This document shows positions 17,812 to 27,025 of a stretch of DNA of 64,000 bases, piece after piece. The notes beneath the pieces were generated by a model that searched no databases, was not told where the DNA came from, and saw nothing but the letters and a program-made list of their open reading frames with translations. Source of the DNA: a virus (lineage: Duplodnaviria; Caudoviricetes); IMG/VR virus record IMGVR_UViG_3300014031_000001, positions 54,653-118,652 of that record, one strand, 5' to 3'. The position numbers and the translations under genes are program-made. Numbering within the stretch: the first letter of the stretch is position 1; each line of letters starts with the position of its first letter.

Positions 17812-18462
17812 ATGCAACCAACCATGGCGCTGGCCCCCGCAGCGCCGGCGCCGGATCCGGCCTACATCATCGAAAACAGAAAGCGCCTCCTGGCACTCGA
17901 CTGCCGCGAGGCGCTTCGCTACGTGCGGGTGCTGAGCGGGGTGGCCTCGATCACCAACGGGCTCGTCCTTCTGCGCGCCCCTCTCGACATCCCCAACGGC
18001 CTCTACACCTACACCGACTCCAACCAGCTGCGGCCCGAGCGCGCTGGCTGGATGAGCTACCCCGACATCGAAGTCATGGCACCCCCTTTTGCCCGCATGC
18101 AGCCCTACTGCGAGATCCTAAACACCCCGGAAATGCCCACACTCGGCAGCATGATCCCTTGGGTGGAGCGCGCCCGCGAGCTCAACGGCACCATCGTTTT
18201 CGCAAAGGACGGGGCCTACTTTCAGCAGCACCCCGACTTCTGCTTCAACTTCCCCTTCAACGTGCGCGACGAGATCGTCGTGTCGGCGCACTATCTGCGG
18301 CTGGTTCTTGGCGAAATGTTGCGGTACGATCGCATTTATCTTTCCAGAGAAGAAAACCGCTTCGACAAGATCACACCCCTGGTGTTTGGCAAAAGCTGGG
18401 CCGAGTGCGCACTGCTCATGCCGCAAGACTCCGCCGGTTACGGACTAGGCACCAGGTGGTAA
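17812..18462 (+). CDS. Divergent sliding-clamp (beta-clamp)-like protein
   Basis: 'SYPDIEVMAP' resembles the DnaN YPxYxxVIP motif. The C-terminal 'VSAHYLRLVL...TPLVF...ALLMP' resembles the last DnaN domain. Confidence 0.4.
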   Translation: MQPTMALAPAAPAPDPAYIIENRKRLLALDCREALRYVRVLSGVASITNGLVLLRAPLDIPNGLYTYTDSNQLRPERAGWMSYPDIEVMAPPFARMQPYCEILNTPEMPTLGSMIPWVERARELNGTIVFAKDGAYFQQHPDFCFNFPFNVRDEIVVSAHYLRLVLGEMLRYDRIYLSREENRFDKITPLVFGKSWAECALLMPQDSAGYGLGTRW

Positions 18463-18495
18463 AAGAGGGCTGCCATCGACACTTCGTTCGACAAG

Positions 18496-19356
18496 ATGTT
18501 CTACCAGGAGGGTGAGCGCCTTGGCGGCGTCGACGAATCAGGGGTCAGCGACATCGCTGGCCCGCTGATCGCGGCCTGTGTAATTTTACCTCGCATCGAC
18601 ATGCAGCGAGACGACCTCAGGATCTTCAACGTCGACGACTGCAAGAAGATCCCTGAGAAGTACAGAAAGCAGCACGCCGAGGTTATCTTGCAGACGGCGA
18701 CGGCCTTCGGTATCGGCGAGGTGAGTCCCGCCGAGGTCGACTACCTCGGCAAGCCCAACGCCTCGCGGCTGGCGATGATGCGCTCGATCCTGGCGTGTAA
18801 GACTGTGGCACGCAGCAAGCCCATGCGCCCCGACTTCCTCATTGTCGATGGCGAGAACCCCGTCCAGGTGTCGATCCGCCAGCGCGTCGTTCAAGACGGC
18901 GACCAAAAGAGCCTTTGTGTGGCCGCCGCCAGCATCATCGCCAAGGTCTACCGCGACGACATCATGGCCGAGCTCCACAAGCGCTACCCCCAGTACGACT
19001 GGATCAGCAACAAGGGCTACCCCTGCGAAAACCACTTTCGCGGGATGGACCGGCACGGTATTCAGATTGGCATACACCGCATACGTTTTTGGCCCTTCAC
19101 GCCCTCGACGATGCGCGCCGAAGACGACCCCGGCGCTATCGTGCGCTGGGACAGGCGCCGCAAGAAGTGGCGCCAGGCGACGGAACAAACCCTCGGACAG
19201 GAACTAGGAGAGCAGCTTTGGACGTCAAAGCCTCCATTGTGGAAGCCCTCGGTCAGCTCCAAAGCCTCACCGCTCCAGGGAGTGACGACTACCAGGAGCT
19301 CGAGCGCCAAAAGGCCGCCATCCACGGAGAAACCGATGAGCGGAGGCTCTTTATGA
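18496..19356 (+). CDS. rnhB: Ribonuclease HII-like protein
   Basis: 'GVDESG...AGP', 'LIVDG', 'GDQKSLCVAAASIIAKVYRD', 'NKGY'. Confidence 0.88.
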   Translation: MFYQEGERLGGVDESGVSDIAGPLIAACVILPRIDMQRDDLRIFNVDDCKKIPEKYRKQHAEVILQTATAFGIGEVSPAEVDYLGKPNASRLAMMRSILACKTVARSKPMRPDFLIVDGENPVQVSIRQRVVQDGDQKSLCVAAASIIAKVYRDDIMAELHKRYPQYDWISNKGYPCENHFRGMDRHGIQIGIHRIRFWPFTPSTMRAEDDPGAIVRWDRRRKKWRQATEQTLGQELGEQLWTSKPPLWKPSVSSKASPLQGVTTTRSSSAKRPPSTEKPMSGGSL

Positions 19357-19532
19357 TGCACCAGACCTTGCGCGAGTTGACCAACGGCGCCATCACCGGC
19401 ACGGCCGAGGCGCCCTTTAAAGTCCGCCAGCCCGACGGCACGGTGCGCGAGTTCAAGCACCTAGGCGAGCTTCCCGCCGCCGAGACGCTTCCGCCGCGCA
19501 CGGGCAGCCAGCCGCGCCGGCGCCGCCGCTAG
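19218..19532 (+). CDS. Hypothetical protein
   Basis: TTG start with RBS aggag; overlaps the low-complexity tail of RNase HII. Confidence 0.5.
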   Translation: MDVKASIVEALGQLQSLTAPGSDDYQELERQKAAIHGETDERRLFMMHQTLRELTNGAITGTAEAPFKVRQPDGTVREFKHLGELPAAETLPPRTGSQPRRRRR

Positions 19533-19565
19533 CGGGCGCCCACCTGGTCGGGCTATAATCGCCCT

Positions 19566-19763
19566 ATGCCTGCACCTAAAAAAGCGCGCTGCCGTATCCC
19601 CCTACAGCGCGAGGGGATCTGGATCCCCGAGGACGCCGAGGTCCTTTGGACGCCGAGTACGTGCGGCGGCGGCCGCGTCGTTGTCACCTTCGATGACGTC
19701 GACCATGTCATGGCCGACGTTGAGTTTTGCATGCACTTTTACACCACCCACGAGGCCGCCTGA
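19566..19763 (+). CDS. Hypothetical small protein
   Basis: 65 aa. TATAAT lies about 6 nt upstream, so the mRNA may be leaderless. Confidence 0.4.
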   Translation: MPAPKKARCRIPLQREGIWIPEDAEVLWTPSTCGGGRVVVTFDDVDHVMADVEFCMHFYTTHEAA

Positions 19764-20037
19764 TGGCAGCGTCTTGGACCGGGTTTGAGAAGTCGGCGGG
19801 CCTGATCGGGTGTTTTTTTAGAAACGGCGTGAGCGCATCCAGCCCGTAAGCGTCCTCGAGGGCGGCGCGGTCGAGCGTCTCGCGCTCGTCGGGCGCGGCC
19901 GACAGCACGAAATCGCCGAGCTCTTGCGTCGTCCCTTTCGGGTACTTCTGCATGATCAGCGCCTTCAGATGCTTCTCGTTTCTCTCGGCCAAACGCCGGC
20001 GGCGCGTCGCCTCAAAGAGGTTGCGCACGGTCGCCAT
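19708..20037 (-). CDS. Hypothetical protein
   Basis: 109 aa with protein-like composition. Confidence 0.5.
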   Translation of the reverse strand: MATVRNLFEATRRRRLAERNEKHLKALIMQKYPKGTTQELGDFVLSAAPDERETLDRAALEDAYGLDALTPFLKKHPIRPADFSNPVQDAAIRRPRGWCKSACKTQRRP

Positions 20038-20407
20038 CAGCTCGATTTTCTCGTGAAACTCCGTCCTCGCAGTCCGTAGTTATAACTAGCGTGTTTCGCA
20101 AAAGATACACGCGACAAGACCATCTGCGGAGCATCAGGGATTGGGGGGCGGGACCGTATGGTTGTGCGATAGCACGTCAAAACTGGCTCAGGAAGGATGA
20201 GCGCGGCGTGGTCCCCGAGGCATCCAGGGGGACTTTCTAGCAAGGAGCGCGCCAATAAGAAAAGGCCCATATAGGGCCTAAAAAGTGCGCAAAGCAAGGG
20301 GCCGCCGGCGGATGCCGGGGTCTCCCTCAAAGAGGCAAGAGTGACGCTCAAATCACTGTTGAGCGGGCATCGTGGCCCCTTCGCAAAGTACTGTCAACGC
20401 GGGAAAG

Positions 20408-20480
20408 TCGGCACGTCTGGAGTCGAACCAGAGACCTCCGCCTTATCAGGGCGGCGCTCTACCAGCTGAGCTACGTGCGG
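20408..20480 (-). tRNA. tRNA-Ile(GAU); C2:C71 acceptor mismatch, no encoded CCA
   Basis: Reverse complement CCGCACG TA GCTC AGCTGGTA GAGC G CCGCC CTGATAA GGCGG AGGTC TCTGG TTCGACT CCAGA CGTGCCG A folds into a full cloverleaf. Confidence 0.9.
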
Positions 20481-20483
20481 GCA

Positions 20484-20765
20484 TCAAGCACTTTCCGGCA
20501 GACTGTGGGCGGACGCGTAGGCGGCCATCACGGCCAGCACGACGTCGATCTTGCTCTCCGCACCGGTCTTAGCAAAGATCCCCTTCAGGTGGTTGTTCAC
20601 CGTGTGGGGGCTCATCCCGACCTTCGCCGCGACGAGGTCGGTGCGCGTCGGGCCGACGCACAGCCGGCGGACGATGTCCGTCTGGCGCTTGGTGAGCTTG
20701 TGGCGACTGGCCACGAGCAGCACGGCCTCCTCATAGAAGCTGTCCATCGCTGCCTCGCATTTCAT
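20484..20765 (-). CDS. LuxR/GerE-family HTH regulator
   Basis: 'LTKRQTDIVRRL...VAAKVGMSPHTVNNHLKGIFAKTG'. Confidence 0.85.
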   Translation of the reverse strand: MKCEAAMDSFYEEAVLLVASRHKLTKRQTDIVRRLCVGPTRTDLVAAKVGMSPHTVNNHLKGIFAKTGAESKIDVVLAVMAAYASAHSLPESA

Positions 20766-21103
20766 CAGGCTGGTTTGACATGAGACTAGCTTAAGTAAGT
20801 CAGTTCGGGCAACCAGCAGCGAGGCGCAGACGCTTATCTATGCGATTAAAGCAGCACATTAACAACACAACGGTTGCCATAGAAATCATAAAAAGCTTCT
20901 ACGTCGCCGAAAACGAGACGTGGAAGCTCAAGGTGCGGTGGTGGGGCGTCTCGTCGCGCCGCGCGACCTGAATATCCAGCAGCGCATCACGGTGTCGAAG
21001 GCGGCGATGCAGGACTGGAAGCCTTACGTATGGCTGGAAGTTACGAGTCCGTAACCTGACCCGCCAGAGAGACGGCCGAGGGGCTGCCAACGGTCAAGGG
21101 GGC

Positions 21104-21270
21104 TGTGGACAAGCTGAGGATAACTTGGGGATGCGTGGCTGGCGGCAAGGCGAGATGGGTGACGACCGTGGCTGCCTGTCTTTCGGCCCCAGCACGAGCT
21201 TCTTTAGAAATGTCATGAAACTATAACACATATCAAGATATTGCATAGTTGATTATAAAATAGACATGTC
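21104..21270. promoter_or_regulatory. Tandem DnaA-box-like 9-mers followed by an AT-rich tract
   Basis: TGTGGACAA (21104), TGAGGATAA (21115), TGGGGATGC (21126) at 11-bp spacing; AT-rich 21200-21267. Confidence 0.45.
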
Positions 21271-21702
21271 GACGTTTTGTCGTTTCTTCGCCCTATCAAG
21301 GGCGACGTGTCGTTGTTTTACCGCATTGTCGATGTATCGCGTGGTCGGCTATGGTGCCGCCACACCGGGGAGACATCGCAACGCGGCGGGTGAGTGACCG
21401 AAGGCCACCGGGCCTTCGTGCGTCCGTACCGGCGCCCTGGGGGGATAAGCCTCCGGGGCGGTTTCTTTAAGTCAGCCTTATCGGTGACTTATAATGGCTA
21501 CCCGGTGGCGCTGTACCAGCGGTTGCTGATAGACTGTACACATTCAGCTCTGCGGCGACGGCCACCCGGTCTAGCCCAAAGCCCCCGCCGCCCGCTGCGA
21601 GCGCCCCGCGACGCTCGGAGAGCCGCTCCCCCGCCGGGAGCGGCTCTCTCGCTTCTAGGGCCCGTTTTGCCAGCCGAGGGGGCACTCCTGGGGGCGGCCG
21701 CC

Positions 21703-24700
21703 CTAGTACATCGGCCCGCCCTCGATCTGGGTGTAGCGCCGCGACTTGCCGTGGAAGATGTCGGCCGCGAGCTTGCAAAAGAGCAAGCTGTGGAAAAAGT
21801 CATCAGGGTCCGAGGGCCGGTGGTCAAATTTAATCTCCCGGCGGAACTCGTTGTACTCCGTGTAGATCGACAAAATGTCCTTGGCATACGGCTCGAACTC
21901 TGCCCACTTCGGAAAACCGACGTGGCCGTTTTTCATGTCGTAGAAGAGCTCCGACATGAAAAGGTTGCGGTGCAAGTGGTAGCGCGTGCCGAGCGCGTCC
22001 CACTTGATGCGGTTTTTCAGCTTGTGCAGATACTGAAACTGCATGACGCGCTTCGGACCAAGCTTGCGCACGAGCACGTTGTTGAGGCCCCAGCCGTGGC
22101 CGTAGTCGACCCCGAGCACACGCACGCCTAGTCCGGCCGAGATGCGGCAGATGTCGTTGACGACGTGCTCGGGGTCAACCTCGCGGCCGACGTACTTCTT
22201 CACGAGCACGGTGCGAAACTTCCGCTGCGTCTCGTAGTAGCCGAGCGTGAGCACCGTGTAGGAGGCGTTACGGATCTTGCCGCTCGGGCTCTTCTCTGAG
22301 CCGTCGTTGCCCTCGCCCCAGTCGACGCCCCCGATCAGCACGCGGCTGCGCGCGTCGGCCAGATAAGGCGTCAGGTTGTTGGGGTCCCAGAGGGCGTAGT
22401 CGCCGCAGATCCCCATCAGCGCCGCTCGGCTAATCGGCTTTGACGCGGCGTCGTAGGAAAGCCCAAGCACCTCATTGGCGAACTGCCCGAAGGGGTAGTG
22501 GTCTCTCTTCCAAAGCAGCCGCGACCACTGCGACATGGTCGAGATGATCCAGGGCACCATGAGCTGCGGGATGCGGTAGCCGGCGATGGCCTTGCCGCCC
22601 GACAGCGACATCCACTGGCCTTTCGTCACGTCAAGCGGGCGCACGCACTTGGAGCAGACGGGGCCGGGCGGCAGGCGCCCCGACTCGTACCACTGCGTCG
22701 GCCCGATCGTCGTCTCGTCGAGCATGTTCCAGTGGCCGCAGCCGCATGGGACGAGCCACTCGTTTTGCGTCGAGCTCTGCCAGTAGATCTCGATCGGGTT
22801 GTCGAGGCTCTTTGGCGTCCCCGCCATGATCTCGATGGCGTCAGGAAAGTGCGACGTGCACTCGCGGATGACCGGGATCTCCGAGATGAGCATGTCCTGG
22901 AACTCGTCGAGCGCCAGCACGCGCGCCGAGATCCCGCGCGCTCTGTCGGCGCTGCGAAAGGCCGAACGCAGGAAGATGAAGGCGCCGTTGGTGAAGCCCT
23001 TCTCGAAGACCTGGTTACTGACGCCGGAGTCCTGCAGGTACTTCATGATCAGCGGCGACTTCTCGATCGCCGGCTTCAGCTTCTCGGACGAAAACTGCCG
23101 CGTCTGCGTGTGCGACGGCGACACGTAGAGGCACTTGTTGAAGGGCTTGACGGCGCTGATGGCGACGAGGTTGTTTGCGAGGAATGTTGTGTTGTGGTTG
23201 AGGATGAAGTCCGCGACAAAGGTCTCGGTCTCGGTCTGGATGCCCCAGGTGGGCTGCATGCCGAGGTCTTCGATGGTGACTATCTCGTCCCAGATGACGT
23301 CGGACTCAAGAATCGCCGCCAACGCGCCGCTCTCAAGCTCGACGTTCATCGCTGCGACTTTTTCATAGGTCGGGCAGTAGCTGCGGTTCACCCGCAATCC
23401 GGCCGACTGAAAGCCGTTGCGCTGCCAGTAAGTGCCGCGATCTTTTCTGGCCTGCAGAATGAACTCGTGGATTTCTTTTGGGAGGGTGTCGAGGTTGCTG
23501 TTGGCACGGCACGTCGACAGGGTGAAGGGCTTACCTGGAATAGGACCGAGCTCGCGGTGGAAACACGCAACAGCACGCCGCGTGATGACGCGAATATTGT
23601 AGGCGAGGCGGCCGCCGTTGCTTAGTTTGTTTTCGCGCTGGACCGTGACCACCCCAAACTTGCGCAAGAGGAGCCGCACCTGCCGCGCCAGCACCGGGCT
23701 CGTCGTGCAGTAGACGAGGTCTACTTTGGAGCTCGAAACATTTTTGCAGTGGCCGTCGGTGGCCCATAGGCCACGAAGAAGATCCCGCGTCGTCTCTTTG
23801 TCCCAACCAAAGACCTCGGCCGGGAGGTGCTTCTCGCGGGCGCAGGTGTTGGCGATGCCGCGGTCGCGAAACCAGACGGCAAGTGGCCCCTTTAGGCTAA
23901 ACGCGTAGCGCTTCGTGCCCGACCGCTCGTCGATCCAGGTGCGCGAGGGGCGGTCACCGGCGAGCTCGAGCAGACGGTCGGCCCAGGCGTTGACCTCGTC
24001 GCCCTTTTGCGTGAACCCGAAACTACTGCCGCCCGCCTTGTGCCGGTAGTAGTGGCCATCGCCCACCAGCAGCCCGAGAAGGGCCGCCCAGGAGAGGCGC
24101 GCCGTGCCGAAGGTCCCGACCGTGCGCAGGGCGGCGACGCGGTCTCCAGGCACCAGCCTGCCCGCCTCAACCCAGCCATCAAAGCGACGCAGTGGGTGAT
24201 TGAGGGTCACCTCGAGCGTCGACCCAAGCCGCGTCCTTAGGCGCACGCATCGCCGCGGCCCGTTGTCCTCGGAGGCGACGACGGTGTCGACCGCCTGGTG
24301 GCCGGCCGCATCGATGGCGATGACAGTGTCGCCGACGGTCATCTGGTCGATGGGCTTTTCGGAGCCATCCGACAAGGTGCACTGGCTAGACGCGACTAAA
24401 CATTTTTCGACCTGCCTGGCCGTCTTCAAGAGGATGCGCTGATCGGAGCGGTCGTAGATCGGCTCGAGGTAGCGGCGCCCCGTGAAGTCGAACTTCTTGC
24501 CGTCGAGATGGATCAGGTTGTGGACGAAGGCCGACTTGCGCGCGCGGATCAGTTTGCGCACCGTGCCGTCGTCGTTGAAGAGCTCGTTGATGCGGGCGGC
24601 GTGAAGAGCCGACGGCAGCTGCAGATCCTTCTCGTCGGTGTAGTCGTCGGCGTCGCGACCCTCGAGCTCGGCGAGCTCGTCGGGATCTAAATGGTCAGTG

Positions 24701-24732
24701 ATGACCATGCTGTTCACATTAGAGTCAGTCAA
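21703..24732 (-). CDS. terL: Terminase large subunit with intein
   Basis: Spliced Walker A 'LKTARQVEK|TT', 'RARGISARVLALDEFQD' Walker B, 'AGTP' coupling motif, 'GVDWG' nuclease, 'PDDFFHS'. Confidence 0.9.
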   Translation of the reverse strand: MTDSNVNSMVITDHLDPDELAELEGRDADDYTDEKDLQLPSALHAARINELFNDDGTVRKLIRARKSAFVHNLIHLDGKKFDFTGRRYLEPIYDRSDQRILLKTARQVEKCLVASSQCTLSDGSEKPIDQMTVGDTVIAIDAAGHQAVDTVVASEDNGPRRCVRLRTRLGSTLEVTLNHPLRRFDGWVEAGRLVPGDRVAALRTVGTFGTARLSWAALLGLLVGDGHYYRHKAGGSSFGFTQKGDEVNAWADRLLELAGDRPSRTWIDERSGTKRYAFSLKGPLAVWFRDRGIANTCAREKHLPAEVFGWDKETTRDLLRGLWATDGHCKNVSSSKVDLVYCTTSPVLARQVRLLLRKFGVVTVQRENKLSNGGRLAYNIRVITRRAVACFHRELGPIPGKPFTLSTCRANSNLDTLPKEIHEFILQARKDRGTYWQRNGFQSAGLRVNRSYCPTYEKVAAMNVELESGALAAILESDVIWDEIVTIEDLGMQPTWGIQTETETFVADFILNHNTTFLANNLVAISAVKPFNKCLYVSPSHTQTRQFSSEKLKPAIEKSPLIMKYLQDSGVSNQVFEKGFTNGAFIFLRSAFRSADRARGISARVLALDEFQDMLISEIPVIRECTSHFPDAIEIMAGTPKSLDNPIEIYWQSSTQNEWLVPCGCGHWNMLDETTIGPTQWYESGRLPPGPVCSKCVRPLDVTKGQWMSLSGGKAIAGYRIPQLMVPWIISTMSQWSRLLWKRDHYPFGQFANEVLGLSYDAASKPISRAALMGICGDYALWDPNNLTPYLADARSRVLIGGVDWGEGNDGSEKSPSGKIRNASYTVLTLGYYETQRKFRTVLVKKYVGREVDPEHVVNDICRISAGLGVRVLGVDYGHGWGLNNVLVRKLGPKRVMQFQYLHKLKNRIKWDALGTRYHLHRNLFMSELFYDMKNGHVGFPKWAEFEPYAKDILSIYTEYNEFRREIKFDHRPSDPDDFFHSLLFCKLAADIFHGKSRRYTQIEGGPMY
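23191..24402 (-). mobile_element. Intein (404 aa) with LAGLIDADG endonuclease in the terminase P-loop
   Basis: Starts CLVASSQC, TLNHP block B, LLGLLVGDG and LLRGLWATDG, ends ILNHN, +1 Thr. Confidence 0.92.
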
Positions 24733-24736
24733 GGTT

Positions 24737-25211
24737 TGTCACCACTTCGACTGGTGACAAACGCAGGCGCGCAACATGGCAACACTGCTGACTTAATCAA
24801 GAAGTATACAGGGGCTGTCACCAAGAGGCGGTTTCGACCGGTGACAGCCAAACCCTTGCAGCCCAAGGGGTTGGCCGATTTGTCACCGATGTCACCGGTA
24901 TTTTCGCCCGTAAGAGAACTTCCTGGGGATGACATATGTGGGACGAGGCCCCTATGTGTACGTGTGAGTATCCTGTGTGAAATCCCACGGGAGGTCTTAT
25001 CCTGTATATACGTGGTGACACCGGTGACAAGGATGACAGTCTATATATAACCCCTTGTTTTTCTGAGCCTATTTTGGCCAAAATTTGTCACCACTTTTAC
25101 TTATCCCCAGGTGACAAGCGGTGACAGAAAACTTGTCCACAGACTTAGAAAGCTTGAAGCGCGGTCACGGCGCCCAGTTCAGAGCGATTGCGGTTAGCTA
25201 GGTTTGTCACC
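24737..25211. repeat. Array of 12 TGTCACC/GGTGACA heptamers in both orientations (iteron-like; candidate origin or pac site)
   Basis: Copies at 24737, 24753, 24816, 24840, 24881, 24890, 25014, 25023, 25086, 25110, 25120, 25205, plus two GATGACA variants, in a low-GC intergenic gap. Confidence 0.8.
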
Positions 25212-25221
25212 AGCAACTAAA

Positions 25222-26181
25222 TTATACAGGCGTCGCAGGGGCGTTTTGGGGGGTCTCAGGTTCGCCCTCCGGGCTGCCGGAAAAGCCCATCGCGTCCATG
25301 TCTTTGTCTTTAGATTTAGCTTCCTTAGCCTTGATCTCGGCCTGCAATCTGGCGAGCGTCTCACCGTCGGGTGTTGGGAAGTCCGTATCGACAAATTCGA
25401 ACTCCATTTGCAGCGCATTGCCAAAATCAGTGCTGTCGCCTGACCGATATTTTTCATACTTATCAGCTAGTTCCACGGTCAGTGTGATGAACCGGCGGGC
25501 CTCTTCGTTTGACTCTTTTGTAGACAGCGCGAGGTAGGTTTTCGCCTTCTGAAAAGTCTTGGACAGCAAGTGCTGCAACATGTCTGAGACGGAGACCTTC
25601 GCCGGAAGCTCGAGCTCCGTCTTGACGACGTCGATCCCCTCCGTGAGTGCCAAGAAGTAGAGATGCTGCTCGTGGGGCTCGAGCCAGGCGAGGTAGTTCT
25701 TCCAGTCCCCCCGGCTCATTCTAGCCGGGTTAAAAAAGAAGTTGCGGTAGAGGGCGACGTGCTCCTCCTTCAGCATCGAGGCAAACCGCGAGCGGATCGA
25801 GTTGAGCAGGTCGGCCGGCGGGACGCCCTTGATCAGCAGCGCGTTGATCACCAGCCGGATCTGAAGGTCCTGGTGGATGTCGTAGGTGAGCTTCACGACC
25901 GGGCGCTTTACCGGGTCGCGAAAGGCCTTCTCGTAGGCCCACAGCGCGTCGACCTCGAGGACCCGCATCCACTTCATAAAGTCGACGCTGTAGCTCTGGT
26001 TTTCGATCTGCGCGAGCACGCCCTTCGGCACGGTCGAGGAGACCTGGCGGTACTGCACGTCGAAGACCGCCTGGCGGACCTCAGGAAGGTTCAGGTCGGC
26101 CAGAGCCGCGTTGACGTCGCGCAGGTCGACCACGTTCTTGGTCGCCAAAAACCGTAGAAAAAGATCGTACGGTACAGCCAT
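25222..26181 (-). CDS. Hypothetical protein (candidate small terminase by position)
   Basis: 319 aa, helical, directly upstream of the repeat array and terL. Confidence 0.45.
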   Translation of the reverse strand: MAVPYDLFLRFLATKNVVDLRDVNAALADLNLPEVRQAVFDVQYRQVSSTVPKGVLAQIENQSYSVDFMKWMRVLEVDALWAYEKAFRDPVKRPVVKLTYDIHQDLQIRLVINALLIKGVPPADLLNSIRSRFASMLKEEHVALYRNFFFNPARMSRGDWKNYLAWLEPHEQHLYFLALTEGIDVVKTELELPAKVSVSDMLQHLLSKTFQKAKTYLALSTKESNEEARRFITLTVELADKYEKYRSGDSTDFGNALQMEFEFVDTDFPTPDGETLARLQAEIKAKEAKSKDKDMDAMGFSGSPEGEPETPQNAPATPV

Positions 26182-26190
26182 AAGCCTGCG

Positions 26191-26502
26191 TCACACGTGC
26201 GCCTTGCGGAAGAGCTGCTCCAGCAAGGTCTTGTTGCTTCCAACGAGGCGATCCACTTCACGTCCGTCTTTCAAAAGAAGGACCGTGGGCAGCGAAAACA
26301 CACTGTGCCGCGAGGGCTTCGCCGGGTCTTTTTCGAGGTTGATGACTTTTACTTTAACAGACGGGTACTTAAAAGACAGCTGTTTCACGCCGTCGCGCAT
26401 CCGCGTGCCGGCGTCGTCGGACGTCCAGTAGCAGATGATGACGTGCTTTTTAAAGGAGACGGGGGCGGCACTTTTGGCGAAGCCGTGCCAGAAGGGCTTC
26501 AA
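26191..26502 (-). CDS. Thioredoxin-fold protein lacking CxxC, with FWxGFxKxA leader
   Basis: TTG start overlapping the upstream TGA. MKPFWHGFAKSA; 'VKVINLEKDP...SVFSLPTVLLLKDGREVDRLVG'. Confidence 0.7.
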   Translation of the reverse strand: MKPFWHGFAKSAAPVSFKKHVIICYWTSDDAGTRMRDGVKQLSFKYPSVKVKVINLEKDPAKPSRHSVFSLPTVLLLKDGREVDRLVGSNKTLLEQLFRKAHV

Positions 26503-27014
26503 CCTAGGGGCTTCTTTCCCCGACGAGCCCTCCAAAAATCAATCCCGTCACTCTTCTGTTCGGCAGAAGGTTTGATCCGCGCGCCACTGTTTTCGAGGTG
26601 GGCATACATAGCCGTGGCCACGCCCTTTCTGCGAGCTGGTGCGCCCACGTCTACAGCGTGTGCTTCGAAAGCATGCGCACTGGGCTTGTAATGGAAGCCC
26701 GCCCGCCCGATCTCCGCCCCGTCGCGCGCTCTAGCCCGAATAACCCGTCCGCCGACGCCGGCCAACTCTTCACGTACGAAGAAATGTCCCGGGGCGCCTT
26801 TGAACGCGCGCCTTCCGTTGATTCGGTCGTTTAGGCTGAGCGCCGTAGACGAGTCTGGAAGCTTGGCTTTCAGGGAGACCTCTTTCACCATCTTATCGAA
26901 GAGGCCGGCTTTGACGTAGTCAGGGTCTGTCTTGCGCAGGAAGCGCTTCAGCGCGTTTGAGGCCAGCTTCTGCAGCTCGCCGCGCCTTTCAAACCCGGCC
27001 CAAAAGCTAGTCAC
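26499..27014 (-). CDS. GNAT-family acetyltransferase with FWxGF leader
   Basis: MTSFWAGFERRGELQKLA; acetyl-CoA motif A 'VDVGAPARRKGVATAMY'. Confidence 0.7.
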   Translation of the reverse strand: MTSFWAGFERRGELQKLASNALKRFLRKTDPDYVKAGLFDKMVKEVSLKAKLPDSSTALSLNDRINGRRAFKGAPGHFFVREELAGVGGRVIRARARDGAEIGRAGFHYKPSAHAFEAHAVDVGAPARRKGVATAMYAHLENSGARIKPSAEQKSDGIDFWRARRGKKPLG

Positions 27015-27025
27015 GCCGGCACCTC

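Noticed and set aside
24737-25211. Repeat cluster as a CRISPR array
   Set aside because: The repeats are only 7 bp, in both orientations and irregularly spaced, and no cas genes are present.
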